47,467 nucleotides of DNA from Nemertoderma westbladi (lineage: Eukaryota; Animalia; Xenacoelomorpha): positions 1-47,467 of the forward strand of contig JAUCBJ010000524.1 of NCBI GenBank assembly GCA_032718475.1, given 5' to 3'. This document shows positions 12,136 through 22,677 of the stretch, piece after piece (positions within the stretch are counted from its first letter, which is position 1; each line of letters starts with the position of its first letter). The translations under genes were made by a program, and so were the position numbers. The notes under the pieces were generated by a model. It was given only the letters and a program-made list of their open reading frames with translations, was not told the DNA's origin and searched no databases.

Positions 12136-13491
12136 ATGCCGCTACCAAAGGGAAAACGTCAGGGAAACGAGAGTTGGGAACAGTTCGCACAGAAGATTAA
12201 GGAAAGAAAAGTCCGGAGTTCTGTGAAATCGAAAACCGAGACACCGAATGAAATTCTTGTTTTACGGCTGAGTTCTGTCCCATCCGGTAAGATGAAGAAG
12301 TACGAACCATTGGATACTCGCGAATTTGTACCGTTTACTTACGACGAACTTACTATCCCGAATATTAAGACTGCTTGCGAGAACTTTTATAACCAGTCAA
12401 AGAATACATGTGATGTTCTGGCTAGCGATCGTGGACCATCTTGTTTTAACATGGCACAGCTTGGAGTTGGTGGCAAGAAAACCCCAGTTTATCTTGTACG
12501 ATTTCTCGAAAAGCCGTTCGTAGGTGAAGATTCGGATTCGGAATGCGAAGATAATAGGCCTACCGGTCAGTTTACCGGTAGTCAACGACAACCGAGTAGC
12601 GGTTCTGTGGGAATTTCAAGTACCGGTACTGTATCTAGCGGTCCATCTCAGTGTAATTCTGTTTATCCACGTTCATTATCTGTAGCAACCTTGCTGAAAG
12701 CCGGTAAACTTATTAAACCGAGTCAGAAGAAAGATGCAGAGATGAAACTTGAGAAGTTTAATGTTGCAACTAGTACTTGGATAGAGTACAAACCGGAAGC
12801 GATGAAAATTGAACTAGACGTGTATGCTGCTGGGGGCTTTCGCAATGCATATTTTGCATACGATCTTCAAGGTAGAAAGTTTATAGTTAAATGTTATAAG
12901 CCAGATTGTGAAGTTGAGATAGCGGAATTAGGGATGACACTCGAAGATCACTGCAGGAAGCAAGTACAGATGCACTCAGTTGCTGGCAGCATTGCAGAGA
13001 GTCTGCGCGCTGCATCGCCACCCGAATTAGGCGAAGTATTTAGGTACAACAAAGTGTTCTATAGCACATTAGACGATAAAGCAGTTACTGTGGAGCATTA
13101 CGTTGAAGGTAAATTTGTGAAATATATCAATAATGATGGGACGCCACTGCCACTTTTACCAGATGTTGACAAAGAGGCTGCTCTAAAAGCTCAGACACTA
13201 GTCCACTTTAGTTATTATTACTCCGCCGAGAAATTCATGGTGTTAGATGTGCAAGGTACTGCATACAACTTATACGACCCTGAGATTGCTTCAACTGACC
13301 TGTACTCAGAGAGAAAGATAGAACGCGAGGATCAGGGCGCTGATCCTGATAAAAAGGCAGAAATAAATTTCTGTGTTGGAAATTGTTCGTATATCGCTAT
13401 AGAAAACTTTAAACGAAAACATAAATGCAACGAGTATTGTACCATGCTCAAACTCCACCCGTTTGATATAGATATGACAATTGAAGATTAA
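12136..13491 (+). CDS. Alpha-kinase (eEF2K/myosin heavy chain kinase/TRPM7-type atypical kinase domain) with an uncharacterised N-terminal domain, 451 aa, intronless
   Basis: Alpha-kinase motifs in the correct order: AAGGFRNAY, FIVKCY (catalytic Lys), QVQMHSVA, VEHYVEGKFVKYINNDG, QTLVHFSY, MVLDVQG (catalytic Asp), LYDPEIAS, and VGNCS...HKCNEYC (Zn-binding module). Confidence 0.93.
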   Translation: MPLPKGKRQGNESWEQFAQKIKERKVRSSVKSKTETPNEILVLRLSSVPSGKMKKYEPLDTREFVPFTYDELTIPNIKTACENFYNQSKNTCDVLASDRGPSCFNMAQLGVGGKKTPVYLVRFLEKPFVGEDSDSECEDNRPTGQFTGSQRQPSSGSVGISSTGTVSSGPSQCNSVYPRSLSVATLLKAGKLIKPSQKKDAEMKLEKFNVATSTWIEYKPEAMKIELDVYAAGGFRNAYFAYDLQGRKFIVKCYKPDCEVEIAELGMTLEDHCRKQVQMHSVAGSIAESLRAASPPELGEVFRYNKVFYSTLDDKAVTVEHYVEGKFVKYINNDGTPLPLLPDVDKEAALKAQTLVHFSYYYSAEKFMVLDVQGTAYNLYDPEIASTDLYSERKIEREDQGADPDKKAEINFCVGNCSYIAIENFKRKHKCNEYCTMLKLHPFDIDMTIED

Positions 13492-13644
13492 CTCATTTTA
13501 TACATATCTACTGAATTGTATTCAATTTACTGAATTGTTGGTTCCTATGACCATGTGTTTTCTTGGCGTAAATGTAAGGCATATATACTTAAAAATGCAT
13601 ATCCTAAATAATGCTTATATGTATAATATATATATACACATATA

Positions 13645-13792
13645 TGTAGCTACTAAGGTTCCGTTTCATCAAAGATTGACCGACTTATTAGCTTTCAAAC
13701 ATTTTCGAAAACGACAATGTCGACGACGACGATGGACGGCTCACTAATAAGCACGCTAAGGCTCAACTGGACCTACGTGGCTCACCCCAAAA
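13645..13792 (+). mobile_element. Short 3'-end fragment of a Helentron/HINE-like repeat
   Basis: TTTCATCAAAGATTG...(CGA)n...ACGCTAAGGCTCA...CGTGGCTCACCCCA matches the 3' end of the 19553-22677 repeat (22494-22620). Confidence 0.55.
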
Positions 13793-13915
13793 TAAATAGT
13801 TATATAAAGAAACATTATTTAAATCTTATCTGGTACATTTACCAAATTTAAATTCAAACAAATAAAACACAAAATTAAAACATAATATAGTAATTATATT
13901 ATACAGCATCCTAAC

Positions 13916-14394
13916 TAGGGCCTGAAGCGGTTAATTTTTCCGTCAACCGGTTAACCATTTCCAATTAACCGGTTAAAAAGTAGAAATGTTTGTTTTAGGT
14001 TGAAATTATCTTTAAAATATCATTTTGTATATTGAGAACAACAGTATACACAATTATCACAGTATCGCTGACACTCCCCAAACTTAAGCTACAGTACCGG
14101 TATGTATATTTATTATGTAAGCTAAACTAAGAGGTATCCATCTCTACTTGCAATACTGTTAAGTGCCTCTATTGCTCTATTGTGATAGAGCCACCAGTAC
14201 TATAGGTTATGTATACTGTACTGTAGTCCTACAGCTGCATACAGTACAAAATGAATTTCTGAAACATCGCAATGGAAAATACACATTAATTAAAATGGTA
14301 ACAAAACTTGAAAACCTCAAAATGGGACATTAAGCCGGTTAACCGGTTAATAAATTTCTAACCGGTTAATTTGAATTAACCGCTTCAGGCCCTA
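13916..14394. mobile_element. hAT-type MITE nested between the two ORFs
   Basis: 21-bp TIR TAGGGCCTGAAGCGGTTAATT, perfect 8-bp TSD ATCCTAAC (13908-13915 and 14395-14402), and subterminal AACCGGTT palindromes. Confidence 0.93.
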
Positions 14395-14435
14395 ATCCTA
14401 ACAGTATCAAGGTGGTTGGTAGTCATAAAATTAAA

Positions 14436-15662
14436 TTAACACTTCCATTTACGTTTTAAATATCGGTAAGCATCCATGGCGTGTCTAGATTCAACTTCTT
14501 CGGGGTTTGGGATTGCTTCTCGGCACATAGTTAGAATGGGTGTGTCTGTATGTTTATCATCCGGTCCTTCCAGTTCAATACCAGAAACATTAATCACCTC
14601 TGCAAGTTCATCAATACTAACATCAATACCCATAGGATTGGCACCGTAATATTCTGGGTTTTCAAAGATATGGTCAGGAATTCCAGCAGGCAAGGTTTGT
14701 TCCTTCTGAAACCGCATGCGGTGACAGTTCCACAGATCAACAAAGACATCGCACTCCCTCTGAACGATTGGTATGTACACATAAGCTAGCAATTCTCTAT
14801 CATCGGGGTTAGTTGAGTCATATGATGCATCTTCTAACAGTAAGCGGAGCTGAGTTTTGAAGAAACGTTCAAACCTTTCGTGTAGCTCACGCCACCAACG
14901 TTCTATCTTGTTCGTCGTAGACGGACCAAAGCGAACATAATCCGTAGGGTCTAGCTCCGCATCTTTGTCGGCAACATCTTGATCAGATATCGAATGCAAA
15001 TAAGAATGCATTATCGCCATTGTTGTTGTTTCAGTCCCTTTATCAAATCGAAGAAAAACAGGCATGCAATACTGCAAAGTAGTAATCAATTCAATATACA
15101 GTCGCGAAATAACCTTAGGACAGGAGTTTGACTTCATAACTCTCAGCAGTAATAATTTTCTTGAATACGAATCTTGGAAACCATAAATAGCTAAGGGGAA
15201 TGTTGAGTTCTGATAACCGCACAATTTATCGTGCCCATCCCCGGATACTAACCACAAAGGACCCTTTGAATTGAAAGCTCCAGTGCGGACCCGTTTACGG
15301 TTTTCTAGTCGTCGTTTTTCCAGCACATCCGGGTACTCTTCTCTCATTATTTCATATACAATATCACGAGGAACACATATATTGTAAACAGTGCGAAGCT
15401 TCAAATTCATGGCTCTATATCCTAAATGTTTTCCAGGACCCTCCATCTCCTTCTTTAAAGCCTTGCGAATAGTTTGAATATCAACATTATAATTGATGTA
15501 ACTGATTTCAAAAAACTTCAGACGCCGATCCAAACTTCTCATTGACCAAGGATACTGACCAAATTTAGATTTTGCTGCAGGCAGCAACTCTTTTCTAGAC
15601 CAATTTTGCGCAACAGCTTCACTGAGAAATGATTTTAAACCATAATCACTATTCCATGCCAT
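14436..15662 (-). CDS. DDE transposase/integrase, IS3/IS481-like (IS3EU type), 408 aa, intronless
   Basis: N-terminal HTH-like segments (WSMRSLDRRL, LGYRAMNLKL). Integrase core GPLWLVSGDGHDKL...IYGFQDSYSRK...LRFDKGTE...PSTTNKIERWW...WNCHRMR. Putative triad D142, D207, E254 (counted by hand). Confidence 0.9.
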   Translation of the reverse strand: MAWNSDYGLKSFLSEAVAQNWSRKELLPAAKSKFGQYPWSMRSLDRRLKFFEISYINYNVDIQTIRKALKKEMEGPGKHLGYRAMNLKLRTVYNICVPRDIVYEIMREEYPDVLEKRRLENRKRVRTGAFNSKGPLWLVSGDGHDKLCGYQNSTFPLAIYGFQDSYSRKLLLLRVMKSNSCPKVISRLYIELITTLQYCMPVFLRFDKGTETTTMAIMHSYLHSISDQDVADKDAELDPTDYVRFGPSTTNKIERWWRELHERFERFFKTQLRLLLEDASYDSTNPDDRELLAYVYIPIVQRECDVFVDLWNCHRMRFQKEQTLPAGIPDHIFENPEYYGANPMGIDVSIDELAEVINVSGIELEGPDDKHTDTPILTMCREAIPNPEEVESRHAMDAYRYLKRKWKC

Positions 15663-15873
15663 TATTAGCAGAAACCCTTAAATTACCTACCGTCCCGGGC
15701 CTGATCACTGCTGCCGCATTGTACCTACAAGATTTGTATGTAGGCCTACTGATGTAGGCTCGTAGCTTGAATTTCAGTACCGGAATACTGAAACTAATCT
15801 CGAACTACAGGATACTGGAAGCCTACCGGTACAGCAAAACAGTATGTTAGTTAATGATACTGCAGGAAATACA

Positions 15874-16367
15874 CATTTTGGCAGCTGTAGGCCATGTTTC
15901 CATGTGTTTGAAAGTATTTGGCAGCAGTCGGCCACGTGTGAATTCAATTTTACTTTGCAATTTTTTTTTCTATTTCGCTGTGGCCGAGTACTGCCACCTA
16001 TACAGTATAATATAACTGCAGTGGTTAGTATTAAATGAATACCTGGCAGCTGTAGGCCACGGTGGGTTTAAGAAAAAAATTTAACATATTTTTTTATTGA
16101 ATTTTTTTTATTGAATTTTTTTATTGAATTTTTTTGTAATTTTTTTTATCGAAATTTTTTTTATTGAATTTTTTTTATTGAATTTTTTTTTATTGAATTT
16201 TTTTTTAATTTTTTTTTATTGAAATTTTTTTTATTTAATTTTTTATTAAAATTTTTTATTGAAATTTTTTATTGAAATTTTTTTTATTGAATTTTTTTAT
16301 TGATTTTTTAACCGATTATTTTTATTAGACATTGATGGTTTATGTGGCAGCAGTCGGCCACCATACA
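15874..16367 (-). repeat. Right terminal inverted repeat (494 bp)
   Basis: Reverse complement of 11513-11951 with about 55 bp more T-rich repeat sequence. Confidence 0.95.
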
Positions 16368-16560
16368 GTAGGTCATGTCCAGACCTTCGAATTTATTACC
16401 AGAAAGTTCAATTCGATGGATAGGTGCTCCCAGTGCGCTGCAGTCACGGATAAGGATTTTGCGACACCGCCTGCCCTTAAAACACGATCGTTGCGATAAA
16501 CACTAAACTTCCCGTTACCGGACAGCATACCATCAGTAAAGGAGCTCGTCAGCCATTTAC
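16368..16560 (-). pseudogene. LINE apurinic-endonuclease (APE) domain fragment
   Basis: Manual translation gives WLTSSFTDGMLSGNGKFSVYRNDRVLRAGGVA, matching the ETWL...YRxDR...GGGV motif of CR1/L2-group endonucleases. Confidence 0.65.
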
Positions 16561-16929
16561 CTACGTTATTTACCCCTTCTCCCAGATTCAGTACTGTACC
16601 GGTATAGTTTTGGTCTACAGTAGGCCCCTACGTAATGTGTATTACAGTATTACCTAAACTGAAACATTTTAAAGTTCACACTGCCAATAGCCAATGTCAT
16701 GCAGACTGTACCGGCAGACCGGTTGCGCTGTAGTGTACTGTAGTGCTGAGCAGCTGAAGTCAGTATTGTATGACTTAGTCCGTCAGTACACTGGTACATG
16801 AGTCTTCTGGACTATGCTCCTGCTCCATGCTGCCATGGCATGACATGTTCAGTTGGTACCTGCAAGTGCTTCTAAACGGTAACAGCTGCAAGGATGCAAC
16901 TGCAAGCACTGAAGCACTGCAAAGAAAAG

Positions 16930-17517
16930 GTATTCGTTTTTGTCTAAGTCTCGTAATTTATAAGTAGAACGCGCATTGGTCAAGAGCATTACAATGAAAT
17001 CTCATGGCTTCCGATAGAATCTCGCATTGATCAGCTAACTCTAACAGCCCATCATATGTAAGCCTATCGTATCACACAGTCGCAATCTCCCTCGTATCTC
17101 TCACCATTGGTCCAGTTCAACTCTGTATCGGTTAATCTCAGACATGGATGTACTCGCGCTGTTGTTCCCTTGCGACGAACTATAACAGGAAGTAAATGCT
17201 TCTCGTTGCTGGGGCCGATGATATGGAAATGGAACTCGATACCATTGGATGTAAGAAACTCTGTCTCCCTGGAAACGTTCAAACACAACGTCTAGAATTA
17301 CTTACTCGGCAAACTGGCAATGAAGGATAACTCGATTTGGAATTAATAAATTTCAGAATTTGCAAGTTATGGCTTGGGCAGTTGCGGGTAACACATAACT
17401 TTTAATTATTTTTTGCGTTAAATTTCAGTTGTACAGTAATTTTTTGCTCTATTTGCAGCTTTATTTTATTTATTTTTTAAATTACATACTACAGTCAGAC
17501 AGTCAGTTAGGCTGTTA
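16930..17517 (+). pseudogene. CR1/L2-group LINE: ORF2 C-terminus and start of 3' UTR
   Basis: Translation includes ISWLPIESRI...SPSYLS...GSKCFSLLGPMIW(KW)NSIPLDVRNSVSLETFK, the typical post-RT C-terminal motif. Contains stops and indels. Confidence 0.75.
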
Positions 17518-17927
17518 GGGTAGGTTTCTTAAATAGGAAGTTTTTTTGTATTCCTATATAGGAAATCTTGCTTCCTATATAGGAAGTTTTGGCCATTTTT
17601 CGGAACATTTTCTTCATTATCTTTTGAAATAAATTTTAGCGGCATATTTGAATTCCTGGTTATTGGAGGATAATCTATACTGCGTTTGTTGTGAAAACTA
17701 GAAAAAAAACTATCTGTGCGTTCGCTTTCTATAGCCATTTTAAAAACGTTACTTTTTCCGAGAATTTAATTTCTTATATAGGAAATATTTTTTGGACTTC
17801 CTATTTAGGAGTTTACCTTATTTCTTATTTAAATATTTTATGTCTTGATTTTTCTTAATTAAGAAAATGGTGACTTGCCAGTTCATTTTAAGAGGATTTA
17901 TTTAAGAATGTAAACAACTGTAAATTA

Positions 17928-19452
17928 TAGTGTTGAGAACTGAATCAATTTTAACTAATTTCAGTTACAGTTTCAGTATTCAAAGTTATGCATTTCAGTT
18001 ACAGTTACAGTTTCAGTATTCAAAGTTTTGCATTTCAGTTACAGTTACAGTTTCAGTATTACACAGAGTAACATTTCAGTTACAGTTTCAGTATTACAAA
18101 ATTGAGCATTTCAGTTTCAGTTACAGTTTCAATATATATGATCTCACGTAGTAAGCAGTCATTGAATTAATGTAGTCTCATCGGGGCGGGGTGCAGTGCA
18201 GTCACTCACCCAATGAGTCACTTGCCCAACAAAAATCAAACGAATAACTTGCCAAATAAAAAAAAAGATATCTGAAACTATAAATGAGGCACTTTAATAT
18301 ATTACTGTAATATCCGCTAATAATAATGTTCATTACGAAACGTCCTCTTTCTAGAGCTAATAGGTAGTTGTTGTAGGACAGTTGGACCCACTCTATGGTA
18401 ATGTTTTGTAACTAATATACTGATAGTATGTAATGAAAGTGGCACGTCACAAGATCACACCAAAGGCACATTTTACTGTACATCTTGTTTCAGTGCTTGT
18501 ACAGTACTGTTATCATTTATTGTTTTGGTTATAAAAGCCATGCTTCTGAATCCTGCTCATTTTCCTTAATTCGTAATTTGTTTTAGTATTAATATATTTA
18601 TTGTTTTGGTTAGACCCACCTCGATATGCTGCTCCTTTCACTTTTAAGTTTAATTTTGTAATTTATAATGGTAAACTTGATCAAAATTTAATTTCCAGTG
18701 TGCCTCTAGTGTGATTGTGATATTAATAGTACCGGTAACATTAATAATTCATAATGTAAAATATATATCCGTTAATATCCCTCTACCATTAGGCCTAACT
18801 TTTCTTTGTTTATCTAAAACATTTACATTTAATATGAAGCAGAAAGTGGTGATAAGGCTGATAATAGTCTAATAGTTGAGACAGATAAACATAGACTATA
18901 TGCTACTGTAGATCTTCGTTCACTACTTGACTCGCCAAATAAATTACATTTGAGCTACGTGGACAATAGGTCTTTTTGACCATTGACTTCTTTATTCCAA
19001 CATATGGAGCTTAGTAAAAAAAGTAAAAATAAATAAAAAAATAAATAAAAAAAGACCTAGTTTACTAATAGGTCTTTTTTTATTGTGTAATATGATGGTT
19101 TTGTTCAGAAGTGGAAAAAATGAGATTGTTTTTTTATAACAATGTTTTAAAAATGATAGCTATGGTAACCACTGTTATTCATTTATTAAACTATACTCTA
19201 TACTATTACAATACTGTTTTAAACGCTCGTTCTTGTTAATTGGGTGGTTGAGAACTGAATCGGATTTTGTTAATTTCAGTTTCAGTTACAGTTACAGTAT
19301 TCAAAATTCGTAATTACAGTTTCAGTTACAGTTACAGTATTCAAAATTCGAAATTACAGTTACAGTTATAGTTACAGTATCAAAAAAATCATCAAAATCA
19401 TTCAGTTACAGTTGCAGTTACAGTATAATTACAGTTACAGTTCTTAACACTA
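17928..19452. mobile_element. hAT-type non-autonomous element
   Basis: TIR TAGTGTTGAGAACTG / CAGTTCTTAACACTA, 8-bp TSD GTAAATTA (17920-17927 and 19453-19460), and subterminal (CAGTTA/CAGTTT)n arrays. Confidence 0.92.
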
Positions 19453-19552
19453 GTAAATTACTGTAAATTTCATTGTACATTATATAGACTAACTACAGTC
19501 TGACACTGACAGTACTACTATAGTACAGTAGTACAGAAGCTAACAGTACAGT

Positions 19553-22500
19553 ACACGTTCGTGGGGCCTTCGCGCAGCACGAGGCCCAGTTATGAGATAC
19601 AAATTAAAATTGAGCGACTGTATCACAAAATCAGGTTTTGAGAAATTTACCCACACCACCAATCAATCAAAGAAAGGGGGACAGTACGTGTTCACCCCTT
19701 TTAATCCCCCCCCCCCCCCCACCCTTCCCAACCACCAATACATAACCGCGACATCTACCACCCACGGAAGGGTAGCACGAACTTATTTCCAATCGCACGT
19801 TCAATATGCAAAGCCAGGTGGTTTATAGGAATATAATAAACGCAGTACTCGTATTCATTATAAGCCTCGTTGCGTTCGTCCTGTTTTGTATTTAAATATA
19901 TTTCTTAAACGCAGGCTAGGACGTTCTTTATAATAATAATAACTAGGGATGCGATCAATATGTGAAGCCAGGTGGTTTATATAATAATTTAGTCAACGCA
20001 GTACTCGTCTTCATTATATGCCTCGTTGCGCTCGTCGCTTGTCCTGTTTTGTTATAAAATATTTTTCCTAAACGCAGACTGACGATCTTTATACAGTTAT
20101 AACTATGCGAAGTTTCGAAACTGTGCGAGTAACTGTTGATACATCTATGTGGATATGTGTGATATGTGGAGATGTGTGATACAACGCCAACGCATCTTAT
20201 GCCGATGTAGTAATATGGGTATTGAAATAATATTAAATTAATGTACACTCTTAAAGCTGCAGCGAAAAAATGTAGCTAATTTCCTAGGTTACATATAAAA
20301 TAATAATATTATTTTTAAGAACATTAATTTTACTACTTTGCAAAAATTCAATTAAAAAATAACCAGACATATACATTGTGGAATAAACTATTTCAGAAGC
20401 CTACACAACAGCCATGCCATGGATAGTATTTATGTTATGATATCTGTCATTCACCTGAGATAGCAATACAACATTTATAGTGAATTTAAAGAATGCTGTC
20501 TGGGCTGGAATAGCAATACTGGTTGTCTATTACTATTCCTCTCTGGTTAGTCTTAGCAACAACTCCCAGCCAGCAGCAGAGACTTGACCAATAATCATTC
20601 CCAGCAACTGGGAATGACACACACATCCCATCTATGTACCAGCATGTTGGCCAATAAATGAGCAGTATTTAATGAGAATAAATTTTTTTTGCCGTTTTAA
20701 TTACTTTAGATCAATTAAAGACACAATTATTAAAGCAAATCACTTGAACTAATTAAAAACTATAATAGAATGGCGTATGGGGATTACATCTGTATAATTT
20801 TTAATTATAATTATTTAAATCTTATACTGTAAAACAATTAATTTCCTTTAAAAGGCAGGTTGATAATGGTGTTTTTACCGTAATAACTTAATTAACTAAT
20901 TAACTGCTATTATCTTAGCTTCTCGAAGGCCACACTGAAATTCTACTTGGAAAATTTCTAAACTTTTGCCAAACAACATGTGTACCAAGTTTGGATAGAT
21001 TTCATCAAAGATTGGCCGAGTTATTAACGTTTAAAATTGAACACGACAGAACGACAGAACGACACGTTCGTGGGGACTTCGCGCAGCACGAGGCCTAGTT
21101 ATTATATACAAATTAAAATGCAGCGACTGTATCACAAAATCAGGTTTTGAGAAATTTACCCACACCACCAATCAATCAAAGAAAGGTGGACAGTACGTGT
21201 TCACCCCTTTTAATCTCCCCCCCCCCCCCCCCCCCCACCCTTCCCAACCACCAATACATAACCGCGACATCTACCACCCACGGAAGGGTAGCACGAACTT
21301 ATTTCCAATCGCACGTTAAATATGCAAAGCCAGGTGGTTTATAGGAATATAATAAACGCAGTACTCGTTTTCATTATAAGCCTCTTTGCGTTCGTCCTGT
21401 TTTGTATTTAAATATATTTTTTAAACGCAAGCTAGGACGATCTTTATAATAATAATAACTAGGGATGCGATCAATATGTGAAGCCAGGTGGTTTATATAA
21501 TAATTTAGTCAACGCAGTACTCGTCTTCATTATATGCCTCGTTGCGCTCGTCGCTTGTCCTGTTTTGTCATAAAATATTTTTCCTAAACGCAGACTGACG
21601 ATCTTTATACAGTTATAACTATGCGAAGTTTCGAAACTGTGCGAGTAACTGTTGATACATCTATGTGGAGATGTGTGATATGTGGAGATGTGTGATACAA
21701 CGCCAACGCATCTTATGCCGATGTAGTAATATGGGTATTGAAATAATATTAAATCAATGTACACTCTTAAAGCTGCAGCGAAAAAATGTAGCTAATTTCC
21801 TAGGTTACATATAAAATAATAATATTATTTTTAAGAACATTAATTTTACTACTTTGCAAAAATTCAATTAAAAAATAACCAGACATATACATTGTGGAAT
21901 AAACTATTTCAGAAGCCTACAACAGCCATGCCATGGATTGTATTTATGTTATTATATCTGTCATTTAACTGAGATAGCAATAGTAGTAATAGTCGAACGG
22001 TTATGCGGCCCGTCCAGCCTATAATAAACACAATTCAGTGATTGGGCTGGAATAGCAATACTGGTTGCCTCTATTACAATTCCTCTCAGGTTAGTCTACA
22101 GCCACAACTCCCAGCAGCTAGCTCCACACCAGCAGAGACTTGACCAATAATGGGAAGGATTAAATTTGTACTCAATAATTGTGCGGTTTAATTACGTTTA
22201 GATCAATTAAAGACACATTTATTAAAGCAAATCACTTAAACTAATTAAAAACTATAATAGAATGGCGTATGGGGATTATATCTGTATAATTTTTAAGTAT
22301 AATTATTTAAATCTTATACTGTAAAACAATTAATTTCCTTTAAAAGGCAGGTTGAAAATGGCGTTTTCACCGCAATCAACTTAATTAACTAATTAACTGC
22401 TATTATCTTAGCTTCTCGAAGGCCACACGGAAATTCTACTTGGAAAATTTCTAAACTTTTGCCAAACAACATGTGTACCAAGTTTGGATAGATTTCATCA

Positions 22501-22677
22501 AAGATTGGCCGAGTTATTAACGTTTAAAATTGAACACGACAGAACGACAGAACGACAGAACGACAGGTTGATTAATGGTACCACTACGCTAAGGCTCACT
22601 CACTTCGTGGCTCGCCCCACAGGTTGATTAATGGTACCACTACGCTAAGGCTCACTCACTTCGTGGCTCGCCCCACA
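19553..22677 (+). mobile_element. Head-to-tail dimer of a ~1.5-kb Helentron/HINE(DINE-1)-like non-autonomous element
   Basis: Copy 1 starts at 19553 and copy 2 at 21062 (ACACGTTCGTGGGG...). An (ACGACAGA)n microsatellite lies near the 3' end, and the terminal ~57 bp is duplicated again (22564-22677). No TIR or TSD; the superfamily is inferred. Confidence 0.7.

Larger units (their letters stand above)
11513..16367. mobile_element. Long-TIR DNA transposon (IS3EU-like) encoding a DDE transposase and an alpha-kinase
   Basis: Left TIR 11513-11951 and right TIR 15874-16367 are near-perfect reverse complements apart from the length of the A-rich repeat block. Termini are (TG)TATGG...CCATA(CA). Two intact inward-pointing ORFs. 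No clean TSD: CTAG vs GTAG for TGT ends, CTAGTG vs CAGTAG for TAT ends. Confidence 0.9.

Noticed and set aside
12136-13491. Calling the kinase the host eEF2K or TRPM7 gene
   Set aside because: It is intronless, lacks SEL1 repeats, a calmodulin-binding region and channel domains, and lies inside TIRs. No gene symbol was assigned.
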